Below are positions 1 to 11,805 of a stretch of 64,000 nt of DNA, one piece after another. The notes under the pieces were generated by a model, which saw only the letters and a list, made by a program, of their open reading frames with translations, was not told the origin of the DNA and did not search any database. The stretch covers positions 992,001 through 1,056,000 of the forward strand of contig OZ251992.1 in the NCBI GenBank assembly GCA_965246885.1, read 5' to 3'. The position numbers and the translations under genes were made by a program. Positions within the stretch are counted from its first letter, which is position 1. Each line of letters opens with the position of its first letter. The DNA is from Abditibacterium sp. (GTDB lineage: Bacteria; Armatimonadota; Abditibacteriia; Abditibacteriales; Abditibacteriaceae).

Positions 1-1292
<1,292 letters not shown>

Positions 1293-1368
1293 GCGGCCTT
1301 TAGTGTGACCGGTTCGGGCGGAAGTTTCATCGGGACGGATGAAATGGGCGGCGGGGACACTATCGCCC

Positions 1369-2193
1369 ATGACTTATTCCCAATGGCTGCTGTTGGCGAC
1401 GCGCCGTTTACAGCCGCACGAGGAAGCGCGTTTGCTGGCGCGGCGCTTGTTGGACGACGCGGCGGGGCACTCGCACGCGCACCTATTGGCTCCCGACGAG
1501 GAGCTTTCTCCCGAAGTCGCGGCGCAACTGGAAGAACAATTAACGCGACTCGAAGCGGGCGAGCCGCTCCCGTATGTGTTGGGGCACGCGCCGTTTTGGG
1601 GGCGGGAATGGCGCGTCGAAGCAGGCGTGTTGATACCGCGCCCGGAAACGGAACTGCTCGTGGCGGCGGCCTTGGAACACCTTCCGATGGAAGCGCGCGT
1701 CGCGGAGTTGGGAACGGGAAGTGGGATTGTCGCGGGCACCCTCGCGCTTGAACGCCCACGCTGGCAGGTGTGGGCGAGCGAACTGTCACCCGTTGCGGGG
1801 CGTGTCTCGCGCGCGAATTGGGAAGAGTTGGGCGCGCGGGTGGAACTGTTGGTGGGCGCGACGGATGATTGGCTCGGCCCGATTGCGGGTTTGGCGCCGC
1901 TCGATTGCATCGTCTCGAACCCGCCTTATATCCCGTCGGGGGAGATAGACGGGTTGCAGACCTCGGTGCGCGAGTTCGAGCCGCGTATGGCGCTCGATGG
2001 CGGGCCGGATGGTCTGACGCCGTATCACCAAATCGCGGCGGAGCGGGAACTACTGGCGGCGGGCGGGTTCGTGGCGCTGGAAGCGGGGCACGATCAGAGG
2101 GCGGCGCTGGAGGAGATGTTCGCGGATTGGGCGCGGCAGGAGTGGAAGTTTGACTTGCAAGGGGTAGCGCGGACGCTGTTGGCGTGGAAATAG
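1369..2193 (+). CDS. prmC: Release factor glutamine N5-methyltransferase
   Basis: [44 protein letters not shown] motifs; ATG at 1369 preferred over the track's start. Confidence 0.93.
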   Translation: MTYSQWLLLATRRLQPHEEARLLARRLLDDAAGHSHAHLLAPDEELSPEVAAQLEEQLTRLEAGEPLPYVLGHAPFWGREWRVEAGVLIPRPETELLVAAALEHLPMEARVAELGTGSGIVAGTLALERPRWQVWASELSPVAGRVSRANWEELGARVELLVGATDDWLGPIAGLAPLDCIVSNPPYIPSGEIDGLQTSVREFEPRMALDGGPDGLTPYHQIAAERELLAAGGFVALEAGHDQRAALEEMFADWARQEWKFDLQGVARTLLAWK

Positions 2194-2231
2194 ACACACT
2201 GTTGGGCGGGGAAACCCCGAAACCAACCACT

Positions 2232-2717
<486 letters not shown>

Positions 2718-3317
2718 ATGGAAACTGAACGCGAGCGCTGGAGCCGGACGTTTTCCGGCTCCTCGTTTTTTTACGGACTCGAACCCGGCCCCGTCGCGCG
2801 CCGCGCCGTCAAATACGCGCGCTCCTTGCACCCATCGGGCGGAAGCGCGCTGGACGCCGGAAGCGGCGAAGGGCAGGACTTGCTGTTTCTGTCCCAAAGC
2901 GGCTACGATGCGCTGGGCCTCGATTTCACGCGCGAAGGCACCGCTAAAGCACGCGAGTTGCTCGCCCAAAACGGGCAGACCGCGCGCTTGGAAGTCGCCG
3001 ACCTCACGACGTGGCGCACCGACGAGCGCTTTGACTTGGTGCTTTCGGTCAACGCGCTCCAGTTCGTCGGCGCGCAGGCGCCGCGCGTGTTGGGGGAGTT
3101 GCAGGCGCTCGTGAAGCCGGGCGGAGTGTTTGGCTTTTCGGCGTTCGCTCGCGAAGATAAAGACGAGGAAGCGTTCGATGGCGCGTTGTATCGCTTCCAT
3201 CTGGACGAACTTTTGGCGAACTTTGCGACTTGGCAGCCGTTTGAAGCGGCGCGCTTGTGGCAGTGGGGCGCCAATGGCCCGCAACCGTTTGTGACCCTCG
3301 TCGCGGGGAAGATTTGA
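2718..3317 (+). CDS. Class I SAM-dependent methyltransferase (TehB-like)
   Basis: ALDAGSGEGQD SAM-binding motif, FDLVLS, LVKPGG; starts immediately after the cyclophilin stop. Confidence 0.8.
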   Translation: METERERWSRTFSGSSFFYGLEPGPVARRAVKYARSLHPSGGSALDAGSGEGQDLLFLSQSGYDALGLDFTREGTAKARELLAQNGQTARLEVADLTTWRTDERFDLVLSVNALQFVGAQAPRVLGELQALVKPGGVFGFSAFAREDKDEEAFDGALYRFHLDELLANFATWQPFEAARLWQWGANGPQPFVTLVAGKI

Positions 3318-3320
3318 ACC

Positions 3321-3824
3321 ATGAAACACCTTATTCCACTCCTCGCGCTGTCGGTTTGCGCGCCGATGTGTGCCGATGCGTCGCCGCGTCATGCGCCCAA
3401 AGGCTGGAAGAACTACGACGGCCCGATGTTTTCCGTCTTTTACCCGGCGGCTTGGAAGGCGCGCTCAGGGAACGACCCCGATGCGGCGTTCTTTTCATCG
3501 CCCAAAGAAAGCGTCCAGTTCGCTGTTTACTCGCCGCAGTGGAATGGGTTGCCTAAGGAGCTAAACCTCGACCCGCGCCACGAAAAGCTGGTGGCAACGC
3601 GCGTGCAAAAGTCGGGTGGTGGCGAGAAGACGCAAATCGTGACGCGCTGGCAAACCTTCCGCGCCCTTGATGGGGCCTACACGCGCTCCTTGGTGGATGT
3701 CGAAGACGTGACGCTGGGCACGCGGCGCGCTTTTGTCTTTCGCTATAAGGGAGCGGACGCTTACAAGCGGTTCCTGCCCACTTTCAATCGTTTCAAAGCC
3801 TCGCTCGAACAATACAGCGACTAA
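3321..3824 (+). CDS. Hypothetical secreted protein (possibly PsbP/Mog1-like fold)
   Basis: N-terminal signal peptide MKHLIPLLALSVCAPMCADA; FSVFYPAAW motif; 3-bp gap from the upstream gene. Confidence 0.65.
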   Translation: MKHLIPLLALSVCAPMCADASPRHAPKGWKNYDGPMFSVFYPAAWKARSGNDPDAAFFSSPKESVQFAVYSPQWNGLPKELNLDPRHEKLVATRVQKSGGGEKTQIVTRWQTFRALDGAYTRSLVDVEDVTLGTRRAFVFRYKGADAYKRFLPTFNRFKASLEQYSD

Positions 3825-3830
3825 CTTCCG

Positions 3831-4742
3831 ATGGCCTTTCTTCTCTGCGTGGACGACGATCCCTCCATTTCCGGCTTGGTGCGCCAAATCCTGCGCATGG
3901 CGGGGCACGAAGTCGCGGTCGCGGAGTCGGGACAGAAGGCTTTAGAAATGGTGCGCGCGAGAGAGCCGGAGTTGGTCGTGCTCGACCGCTCGATGCCCGG
4001 AATGGACGGCTTAGCCGTGTGCCGCGCGCTCAAAAACAACCCGTTTTTGTCGCGCATCCCCGTCTTGATGCTGACGGCGCTTTCGACCATTGACTACAAA
4101 ATCGAGGGCTTTGATGCGGGCGCCGACGACTATCTGGGCAAGCCGTTCGAGCCGCGCGAATTGGTCGCGCGCGTGTCGGCGCTGCTTCGCTTGGTGGCGC
4201 GCGAGGGCGACCGCAACCCATCGAGCGGACTTCCCGGTGGCGCGGCCATCGAGCGCGACATCGAAGGGCGCGTCGCGCGCGGGGAACGCTTCGCCGTCGT
4301 GTATTTCGACTTCGACCACTTCAAGCCCTTCGCCGACACTTTCGGCTTCGCGCGCGCCGACCAAGTCGTGCGGCGCGCGGGCGAGATTTTGGGCGAGATG
4401 GCGGCGCGCGAGGGCAACTTCGTGGCCCACATCGGCGGAGACGACTTTCTGCTTGTGTGCGACACAGACCGCGCGAACGACTTGGCGCAGGAAGGTTTCA
4501 ACCGCTTCGCTGCGCTCATGCGCGATGTCGCCGGCCCGCAAGTCGCCGCCAAAGGCAGCTTCCCCGGCCTGTCCCGCGAGGGCGAGCCGTGCGAATTCCC
4601 GCTCGCCTCCCTCACCTCCGTCATCATCCCCGTCACCCCCGACACTTGGCAAGGCACCGCGCATTTAGGCGAACTCGCCGCCACATGGAAACGCGCCGCC
4701 AAAGCCAGCGGCGGCGCGCAGATCGTTGAAGCGCGGGTGTGA
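3831..4742 (+). CDS. Response regulator receiver fused to a GGDEF-type diguanylate cyclase domain
   Basis: CVDDD, VLDRSMPGMDG, GADDYLGKPF receiver motifs; NPSSGLPG, DFDHFKPFADTFG, HIGGDDF. Confidence 0.9.
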   Translation: MAFLLCVDDDPSISGLVRQILRMAGHEVAVAESGQKALEMVRAREPELVVLDRSMPGMDGLAVCRALKNNPFLSRIPVLMLTALSTIDYKIEGFDAGADDYLGKPFEPRELVARVSALLRLVAREGDRNPSSGLPGGAAIERDIEGRVARGERFAVVYFDFDHFKPFADTFGFARADQVVRRAGEILGEMAAREGNFVAHIGGDDFLLVCDTDRANDLAQEGFNRFAALMRDVAGPQVAAKGSFPGLSREGEPCEFPLASLTSVIIPVTPDTWQGTAHLGELAATWKRAAKASGGAQIVEARV

Positions 4743-4794
4743 AAACCGGACGGCGCATGAGAGATTACCTCCACCTGTTTATAGCGAGTGGGCT

Positions 4795-5310
4795 TTAGTC
4801 CAACCACCACGCATAAAGATTGCCCGGATCAACACAAACGACGAGCAACCAGATGAACATCGAACTCAGACACAACCATCGTTGAACTGAGGAGAGGCGC
4901 GATCTGACCGCAAAAAATAGTGCCAAGAAGACAACCATCAACGCACCAGAGAAGGCATCCAGATAGTTGACCAAGTGGAATAAAGAGTCAAACCGCGCCG
5001 ACACATGACCGCACAAGCCCTTCGGGTCATCCACCATCACCTGAGGCCAAGAACCGCGCACTGACTGAAGCTCACGCGCCATAAATAAAAGGCCGAAGTT
5101 GGGGAGAAGCGGCCACAAGCTCAGAAAAAGGAGCGCTGCGAAAAGAGGGAGGGACAGTTTGGCGCGTAACGAGCGGCAAATCCAAACAACACCGACTAAG
5201 CCCAGCACAAGAGTGAGAAGCGGGGCGAAATCCATTGCGTCGGTGAAGGTGAAGCCGCCGAAGATGGATACAAAGCGGAATAACAATGTCCAAAGGAGCG
5301 ACTCAATCAT
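4795..5310 (-). CDS. Hypothetical integral membrane protein, lower GC than its neighbours
   Basis: Several hydrophobic segments; start uncertain (5391, 5310 or 5235); visibly AT-richer codons. Confidence 0.55.
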   Translation of the reverse strand: MIESLLWTLLFRFVSIFGGFTFTDAMDFAPLLTLVLGLVGVVWICRSLRAKLSLPLFAALLFLSLWPLLPNFGLLFMARELQSVRGSWPQVMVDDPKGLCGHVSARFDSLFHLVNYLDAFSGALMVVFLALFFAVRSRLSSVQRWLCLSSMFIWLLVVCVDPGNLYAWWLD

Positions 5311-5387
5311 AATGTGCTTGTATAGGCCGTCCCCTTTCTCGCGGGCGCCTTTATTCTCAGTGCGCCCGGTTAAACATCGGCGCCGTT

Positions 5388-5750
5388 TCACGGAAGCGGG
5401 CAGACTTCCATTCCTTTAATCAAACCGCCTTCGAGGGTGAAACGGTGGCCGACGTGTTCATCGGCGAGGGTGGTGCCCGCCAAGTCGCGCACGGTTTGAT
5501 GCACGTCCACCACGATGCGACCGGTGCCCTCCGGGTAGAAGGCGACCGGCTCGACGTGCGGGTTAATCTCGCTCCATTGCTCTGTCCAGTAGGCGTGGAC
5601 TTCTTCTGGCCCGCGCACGAATCCACCCTTGAACGCTTTGGGCCACGTTACGTCCGTCGTCATCAGGGCGAGCGCGGCATCTATGTCGCGCGCGTTGAAG
5701 GCCGCGTAAGTGGCGCGGAGCAACTCTTCTGGTGTGGATTGCTTTGTCAT
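5388..5750 (-). CDS. SnoaL-like / NTF2 family protein
   Basis: YAAFNARDIDAALALMTTDVTWP...GPEEVHAYWTEQW pattern, 120 aa. Confidence 0.88.
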   Translation of the reverse strand: MTKQSTPEELLRATYAAFNARDIDAALALMTTDVTWPKAFKGGFVRGPEEVHAYWTEQWSEINPHVEPVAFYPEGTGRIVVDVHQTVRDLAGTTLADEHVGHRFTLEGGLIKGMEVCPLP

Positions 5751-5762
5751 AGGCGTTTTGTT

Positions 5763-5904
5763 GTCGGGGATATGAAATCCCCGGCATCCGGGCTAAAGCC
5801 CAAGTGTCCTGCCGTACACGCTTCTCAAAGGATGCGTTACTTGGCGGCGCGTTCGGAGAACGCTTGGCGAAGCCGGATGCCGGGGATTTCATATCCCCGA
5901 CTAC
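5763..5904. repeat. GTAG-type REP doublet (REPIN-like inverted pair)
   Basis: 29-bp perfect inverted repeat gtcggggatatgaaatccccggcatccgg (5763-5791 / 5873-5901). Each arm has an internal GGGGAT..ATCCCC hairpin. The right arm begins GTAG on the minus strand. A GGGCTAAAGCCC hairpin (5790-5801) starts the spacer. Confidence 0.85.
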
Positions 5905-8324
5905 ACCTTCTTCTTGGGCGCCGCTTTCTTCGCGGGTGCTTTCTTGGCGGCAGGCTTTTTGGGCGCGGGGGCTTCGGGCGCATCCAGCAAGTCTTCCAGC
6001 GAGCGCGCGGCTTTGGTGCTGGCGGCGGGTTTCTTCGCCGAAGCCGTCGCGGTTTTGGCGGCGCGCGGGGCTTTGGGCGGGTCGTCGGGGTTAGGCCATT
6101 TGGGTTGGCCTTCTTTGTCGAGGTTGACCAAACGCTTGCACTCCGGGTAGTTCGAGCAGCCCAAGAACGGCCCGAAGCGGCCCTTGCGTTTGAGCATCGG
6201 CGAGTTGCAATCGGGGCATTTATAGTCGGTCGGCTCGGTGGTGGGCGCGTCCACTTTGACGTTGCCGTCGGCGTCGCGGCGCGTGACTTGGCCCTCGATG
6301 GGAAGGGTGTTCTTGCACTTGGGGTAGCCGGTGCATCCCCAAAACGCGCCGCGCGAACTCGCGCGCACGATCATCGGCTTGCCGCATTTGTCGCACTCGC
6401 GGGTCGAGCCGGTCTCGATGCCCTCGACTTCGATAGTCTCCTTTTCCTTCTTTTCGACGGGCAAATCGTCGGCGCCCACGTTGAAAGTCGCCTTGCACTC
6501 CTCGTTGGGACAACTGAAAAAGCTGCCGAAGCGCCCGCGCCTTTTAAGCAGCTTCTCGCCGCAGTGGAGGCAAGGGATGTCGGTTTCTTCCGGCCCGACC
6601 TTCTCCATTTCGGTCTTGGCGAGCACGACGCGCTCGTGGAAGGGCGTGTAGAAGTCGCGCAAAACGCCGACCCAGCCGCGCTTGCCTTCCTCGATTTCGT
6701 CCAACTGCTCCTCGACGCCCGACGTGAAAGCGACGTTGACGATGTTGCCGAAGTGCTCGACCAATTTGTCGTTCACCAAGAAGCCCAGTTCCGTCGGTGT
6801 GAAGCGGCGCTGGTCAACCGTGCAATATAAGCGGTCAACGATGGTGGACAGGATGGAAGCGTAGGTCGAAGGGCGCCCGATGCCGTTCTCTTCAAGAGTC
6901 TTCACAAGCGTCGCTTCGGTGTAGCGCGGTGGCGGCTGGGTGAAGTGCTGGCGCGGGTCTAACTTCTTGAGGTCGAGCGGCTGGCCTTGGCTCAAATCGG
7001 GCAAGCGGCGGTCGGCGTTCTCGTCGTCCGCTTCTATTTCCTCCGATTTGTCCTCGTCGCGCGCTTCTTCGTAGACGCTGAGGAAGCCCTGAAACTTGAT
7101 AATCGAGCCGGACGCGCGCAAGCCGAACTCGCCCGCTTGAACGTCAACCGTCGTTACGTCGAGCAGGGCGGGCTTCATTTGCGACGCGACGAAGCGGCGC
7201 CAGATGAGGCGATAAAGCCGGAACTGGTCGGGCGCGAGATAGCCTTCGATGTCTTCGGGCACGATGTTGACGTCGGCGGGCCGGATGGCCTCGTGCGCTT
7301 CTTGGGCGGACTTGCGGTTCTTAAACGTCGGCGGCGTCGCGGGCAAAAACTCCTCGCCGTAGCGCGCGCTGATATATTGCTGCGCCGCTTCCTGTGCTTC
7401 CTTGGCGATGGCGGTCGAATCAGTTCTCATGTAGGTAATGAGGCCGGTTGGGGCGCCTTTGCCGATGTCTATGCCCTCGTACAGGTCTTGCGCGAGGCGC
7501 ATGGTGCGTTGCGCGCCGTAGCGCATTTGCTTGGAGGCTTCCTGCTGAAGCGTCGAAGTGATAAACGGCGCCGCCGCGTTGCGCTTCTTCTCGGTCTTTT
7601 TGACGTTCTGAACGACGAAGGGGAGTGGCTCCAGCGCGGCGACTAACTCTTGCGCTTGCTCGCCGTTGCCGATCTCCAACTTCTTCCCGGCGCGCGTGCG
7701 CAGAATGGCGGGGAAGGGGAAGTTCTGGGTTTTGGGCGAGAGCGTCGCGGTGATGCTCCAATACTCCTCGACTTTAAAAGCGCGGATTTCGCGCTCGCGC
7801 TCGCACACGAGGCGCAGCGCGACCGACTGGACGCGGCCTGCGCTTGTCTTGGGCGCGACTTTGCGGGCCAGAAGCGGCGACAGTTCGTAGCCGATGATGC
7901 GGTCGAGAACGCGGCGCGCTTGTTGGGCGTTCACCCTGTCCATGTTGATGTCGCGCGGGTTTTGCAGGGCGCGTTGGACGGCGGTCTTGGTTATCTCGTT
8001 GAACTCGATGCGGCGCACCTTTTTTAGGTGAAGCGCCTCCTTGATGTGCCACGCGATGGCCTCGCCTTCGCGGTCGGGGTCGCTGGCCAGATAAACGGTA
8101 TCCACGCCCGCCGCCGCTTTCTTCATATCCGCGACGATGCGGGCGCGGTCGGGGATGAGTTCGTAGGTCGGCTCGAAGTCGCCCTTGAGGTCAACAGAGA
8201 TGCCCTTGGCGGGCAGGTCGCGGACGTGGCCTTGCGACCCCATGACCACGAAGTCGGGGCCAAGGAAGCCCTTGAGGGTCTTGACTTTGGTGGGCGATTC
8301 GACGATGAGAAGTGATTTTGGCAT
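5901..8324 (-). CDS. topA: DNA topoisomerase I (type IA) with C-terminal zinc ribbons and a Lys/Ala-rich tail
   Basis: LLIVESPTK, ASDPDREGEAI, SAGRVQS, LITYMRTDS, QEAHEAIRP, GIGRPSTYA, three C4 Zn-ribbon repeats. Confidence 0.98.
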   Translation of the reverse strand: MPKSLLIVESPTKVKTLKGFLGPDFVVMGSQGHVRDLPAKGISVDLKGDFEPTYELIPDRARIVADMKKAAAGVDTVYLASDPDREGEAIAWHIKEALHLKKVRRIEFNEITKTAVQRALQNPRDINMDRVNAQQARRVLDRIIGYELSPLLARKVAPKTSAGRVQSVALRLVCEREREIRAFKVEEYWSITATLSPKTQNFPFPAILRTRAGKKLEIGNGEQAQELVAALEPLPFVVQNVKKTEKKRNAAAPFITSTLQQEASKQMRYGAQRTMRLAQDLYEGIDIGKGAPTGLITYMRTDSTAIAKEAQEAAQQYISARYGEEFLPATPPTFKNRKSAQEAHEAIRPADVNIVPEDIEGYLAPDQFRLYRLIWRRFVASQMKPALLDVTTVDVQAGEFGLRASGSIIKFQGFLSVYEEARDEDKSEEIEADDENADRRLPDLSQGQPLDLKKLDPRQHFTQPPPRYTEATLVKTLEENGIGRPSTYASILSTIVDRLYCTVDQRRFTPTELGFLVNDKLVEHFGNIVNVAFTSGVEEQLDEIEEGKRGWVGVLRDFYTPFHERVVLAKTEMEKVGPEETDIPCLHCGEKLLKRRGRFGSFFSCPNEECKATFNVGADDLPVEKKEKETIEVEGIETGSTRECDKCGKPMIVRASSRGAFWGCTGYPKCKNTLPIEGQVTRRDADGNVKVDAPTTEPTDYKCPDCNSPMLKRKGRFGPFLGCSNYPECKRLVNLDKEGQPKWPNPDDPPKAPRAAKTATASAKKPAASTKAARSLEDLLDAPEAPAPKKPAAKKAPAKKAAPKKKV

Positions 8325-8354
8325 GAATGGAAGCGTCCCCGTGCGGGGAGCATT

Positions 8355-9563
8355 CTAAGTGATTTTCTCGGCCTTGACGAATAAGTTCCCCGGCAGGCGC
8401 CGCGCAAATCCTTTCAGTTCGAGCATTACGAGCGCCGCGTTGGTCGGCCCCGCGTCGAGCGCGGCGGCTTCGGCGAGGTCGTCCATGTGGCGCGGATCGG
8501 CTTCTAACAGCAGCCACACCCGCAACTCGTTGGGCGCCAGATTCGTGGGCGGGGCGCTGGGTTCCCGTTCTTTGCGCGGGACGCGTGGAGAAACGACGGG
8601 TCGCGTCGCCACACCTTCGGTGGGAGCCGTGAAGATTGCGGGCGCTTCGTCGTCTCCTTCGATAGCTTCGTCGCCCGCTTCGCCCAGATATTCCAACACG
8701 TCGTCTATGCACTCGACCAGCGCCGCGCCTTCCTTAATGAGTTGATGCGGCCCGCGACTTTGGGGCTTGTGAACGTTGCCGGGGACGGCGAAGACTTGGC
8801 GGTCGTGGTTGGCGGCGAGCGTCGCGGTGATGAGCGCTCCAGACTTGGCTTGCGCTTCGACAACAATCACGGCGCGCGCGAGGCCGACGATAATGCGGTT
8901 GCGCGCCGGGAAGTGCCACGCTTCGGGCGGCGTGGTGGGCGCCCACTCCGACACGACGGCGCCGCTTCCCTCGATGCGGCTCATCAGTTCGCGGTTCTCG
9001 GACGGATACACGATGTCCAGCCCGCACCCCGTCACGGCGAGGGTGCGCCCGCCGCCGTCCAGAGCGCCCATGTGCGCCGCCGTGTCAATGCCGCGCGCCA
9101 AGCCCGACGCGACCGTCCAGCCCGCGCGCGATAGCTCCACGCCAAAAGTGTGCGCCAAACCCCGCCCGTATTCGGTCACGTTGCGCGTGCCGACAATGGC
9201 GACGGTGCGGGTGTCGCGCGGCGAAAAGTCGCCGCGCACGAACAGGAAGGGCGGCACATCATCCCCGATTTGCCGGAGCAGGGGCGGGTAATCGGCTTCA
9301 TCGGCGATGCCGATGCGATGCTCGCGCATGGCGTCCAGTTGCGCCGTCACGTCTTTGATGCCCGCCGCGCGCAAGCGTTCGACGGCAGCGCGGGTCAGCT
9401 TGAACTCGCCGCGCAATGTGGGTGCTTCGCCGTGCGCAGCGTCCAACAGCGCTTGCGGCTCGCCGAAGTGGGCGAGCAGGGCGCGCGTTCGCGGGGTGGG
9501 CAGACCGGCGTAGGACAACCGCAGCCACGCGGTCGCGTCTTGGGGAGACAAATGGTCGGGCAT
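8355..9563 (-). CDS. dprA: DNA-processing protein DprA
   Basis: VAIVGTR, VASGLARGIDTAAH, FPARNRIIVGL, VVEAQAKSGALITA; canonical dprA-topA order. Confidence 0.96.
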   Translation of the reverse strand: MPDHLSPQDATAWLRLSYAGLPTPRTRALLAHFGEPQALLDAAHGEAPTLRGEFKLTRAAVERLRAAGIKDVTAQLDAMREHRIGIADEADYPPLLRQIGDDVPPFLFVRGDFSPRDTRTVAIVGTRNVTEYGRGLAHTFGVELSRAGWTVASGLARGIDTAAHMGALDGGGRTLAVTGCGLDIVYPSENRELMSRIEGSGAVVSEWAPTTPPEAWHFPARNRIIVGLARAVIVVEAQAKSGALITATLAANHDRQVFAVPGNVHKPQSRGPHQLIKEGAALVECIDDVLEYLGEAGDEAIEGDDEAPAIFTAPTEGVATRPVVSPRVPRKEREPSAPPTNLAPNELRVWLLLEADPRHMDDLAEAAALDAGPTNAALVMLELKGFARRLPGNLFVKAEKIT

Positions 9564-9677
9564 AAGAAGCGGTGCGCGGACGACGGAAAGAGATTTTGCC
9601 CGCACCGCGCCTTGGGCGCAACCTTGAGCCGCCAATGCCAAACGCCCGCGAAGTTCGCGGGCGTTTGAAGGGAGCCG

Positions 9678-11741
9678 TTAGCCGTTTCCGATTCCGTTGT
9701 CGAAGGGGGTGGGAGCGCCGCCGGGGGGCGCGAAGCCGGGGTTGACGGGGCCGCCTGCGTTGGGATCGGTGGGGCCGATGCCAAAGCCGGGGTTGACGGG
9801 GGCGTTTGGGTCGGTAGGGGTTCCCACGCCCGGTTGCACGCGCTGGCGGCGGGCGTGGGGCGCGGGCGCGGTGTTGTCCACGACCCAGTTGAACTGGCTC
9901 GTTTGGGTATTGCCCGCGTAATCGCGCACCGACAGCGTCAGACTGCGGGAGCCGTCGAGAAAGCCCGCGTCGTTTTTGACCGGATCAATGAGCGTGACCG
10001 TCAAGACGCCAGAGGTCGGGTCGAAGTCCACGCGCTTGGCATCAACAGGCGTGCCGTCGAGCGCGACAGAAATGCTTTTGGCGTCAATGCCCGATCCGAC
10101 GTCATCGAGCGCCGCCGCGAAGTAGAACGGGCCGCGTCCGGGGACAATCGGCGATAAGTTGTCGCCCACCAGCAGGGCGGCGAGGTTGTTCGCATCATCG
10201 TTGAGCGAGATGGACGGTTCCACGATGCGCGGCGGATCGGAGTCCACACGATCGGATGTGAAGCCATACACCGCCGCGTCGTCGCCCTGCACGAATATCT
10301 GCCCGTTTACAACCGCAGGCGCTGCCGTAATGCTGTACGGCGCGGAGTATTGCAGCGTCGTACCGGCGCTTATTGGCACGTCGGCGCCCGTTCCACCGCC
10401 GCCCGCGAATGGGCCGCCGCCTCCCGGCAAACCGCCGCCGCCGCCCGGCGCCACGCCACCGGGTGCGGCGATGCCGCCGCCGTCGTCTTGGACGAGTTGA
10501 AAGACGGCGTTATCCCCGTCACCGGTGGCGGCACCGCCAAAATTACCTCCCCCGCGCCCGCCGCGCCCTCCCCTGCCCCCGCCGCGCGCGGTGCTCAGGA
10601 GCCGCTCGGTTTTGAGGCGATATTGCCACAATACGGTGCCCGATTTGGGGTTGAGGGCCACGAGCGAGCCGGTGCTTGTGCCCGCGAGCACCATATTGTC
10701 CAGCACAATCGGCGCGCCGGTGAACAACCCGGCGCCAATGCTTTTCCAGCGTTGCGAGCCGTCGCGCGCATCAAGAGCGTAGAAGTTGCCCTCGTTGGTG
10801 CCGTAAAACAAGGTGGGCACGTCGTCCACCACGCGAAAGGCCGGAGTCGCCGACACCGTGCCGCGTGAAGGCACTGTCCACGCCACCCGTCCGCCCGTTG
10901 CGTCGTAAGCAGCAATGCGTGACAACCCCGCTGTCACGACCTTATCGCCCGCGACGACGGGGGTAACGCCCGTCGCGTTGGGAAGCGTGTCGCCCCACGC
11001 CAAGCGGCCCATCTTCACGTCCACGCCATACAAGCGGCCATCGGTAGCAATCACCGTGAGAATCCGGCCATCGGCTGAAAGCGCCATGTTCGAGGCGGGC
11101 GGGTTGCCAAAGCGTCCCAGCGACACGTGCCATTTGGGGTCAACTTGCCCGTCGGGGGTGAACGCCACCAAGTCGCCCGCGTCGGTCGCCACCACGATGC
11201 GCGTGCCGCCAGCCGTTTGCACAACGGTTGGCCCACCGCTCGACACGCCGCCAACGGCTTGGGCTTCCCACTCGCGCCCGCCGTCCCCGGCGCGAAAAGC
11301 GTCTATGGCGCCGCCCTGCGAGGCCGCGATGATGAGGTCGCCGTTGTCCCCCGGAAGGAGCGTCAGGGGGGCCGAAACCGAACTGGACATGGCGGGCGCC
11401 TTCCATTCGGGCACGGGCGCGCCGGTTTGGGCATCTATGCAGTTCACACTCGCGCCGATGGCAAAATAAACGCGCTGTGCTCCGGGCGTGCCCAGCACCA
11501 AAGGCGACGCCGAGAAGGTGGCCGGAGCGCCATCGCTGGTGTAGCGCCAACCGAGCGCAAGTGGAAGTGGAACGAGGGCGTTGGAAGAGCCGGTGCGCTG
11601 GGCGTCGCCGCGCAGTGTCGTCCACGACGTGGCACTAACGGGAACATCTTGCGCGCGGGCAATGGGCGCCAAGATCAGTGCAATGGCGAGCGGCCCGCAC
11701 AATACGAGCAAACGCGGGCGACGAGGCGAGTGATTCAGCAT
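9678..11741 (-). CDS. Secreted PQQ-like (BamB-type) beta-propeller repeat protein with Gly-rich insert and Ig-like C-terminal domain
   Basis: Signal peptide, WTTLRGDAQRTG, repeated A-x-D-x-x-x-G-x-x-x-W blades, DSDPPRI...VRDYAGN Ig-like segment, Pro/Gly tail. Confidence 0.82.
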   Translation of the reverse strand: MLNHSPRRPRLLVLCGPLAIALILAPIARAQDVPVSATSWTTLRGDAQRTGSSNALVPLPLALGWRYTSDGAPATFSASPLVLGTPGAQRVYFAIGASVNCIDAQTGAPVPEWKAPAMSSSVSAPLTLLPGDNGDLIIAASQGGAIDAFRAGDGGREWEAQAVGGVSSGGPTVVQTAGGTRIVVATDAGDLVAFTPDGQVDPKWHVSLGRFGNPPASNMALSADGRILTVIATDGRLYGVDVKMGRLAWGDTLPNATGVTPVVAGDKVVTAGLSRIAAYDATGGRVAWTVPSRGTVSATPAFRVVDDVPTLFYGTNEGNFYALDARDGSQRWKSIGAGLFTGAPIVLDNMVLAGTSTGSLVALNPKSGTVLWQYRLKTERLLSTARGGGRGGRGGRGGGNFGGAATGDGDNAVFQLVQDDGGGIAAPGGVAPGGGGGLPGGGGPFAGGGGTGADVPISAGTTLQYSAPYSITAAPAVVNGQIFVQGDDAAVYGFTSDRVDSDPPRIVEPSISLNDDANNLAALLVGDNLSPIVPGRGPFYFAAALDDVGSGIDAKSISVALDGTPVDAKRVDFDPTSGVLTVTLIDPVKNDAGFLDGSRSLTLSVRDYAGNTQTSQFNWVVDNTAPAPHARRQRVQPGVGTPTDPNAPVNPGFGIGPTDPNAGGPVNPGFAPPGGAPTPFDNGIGNG

Positions 11742-11805
11742 GATAGAGAATAAAGATAAACGGTTGACGGTCTCGAAGCGGCTCACAAATTCTGTCTCAG
11801 AAGTT

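Noticed and set aside
4430..4450. GGDDF as a novel degenerate GGDEF motif
   Set aside because: HIGGDDF is a common variant in receiver-GGDEF proteins of this subfamily.
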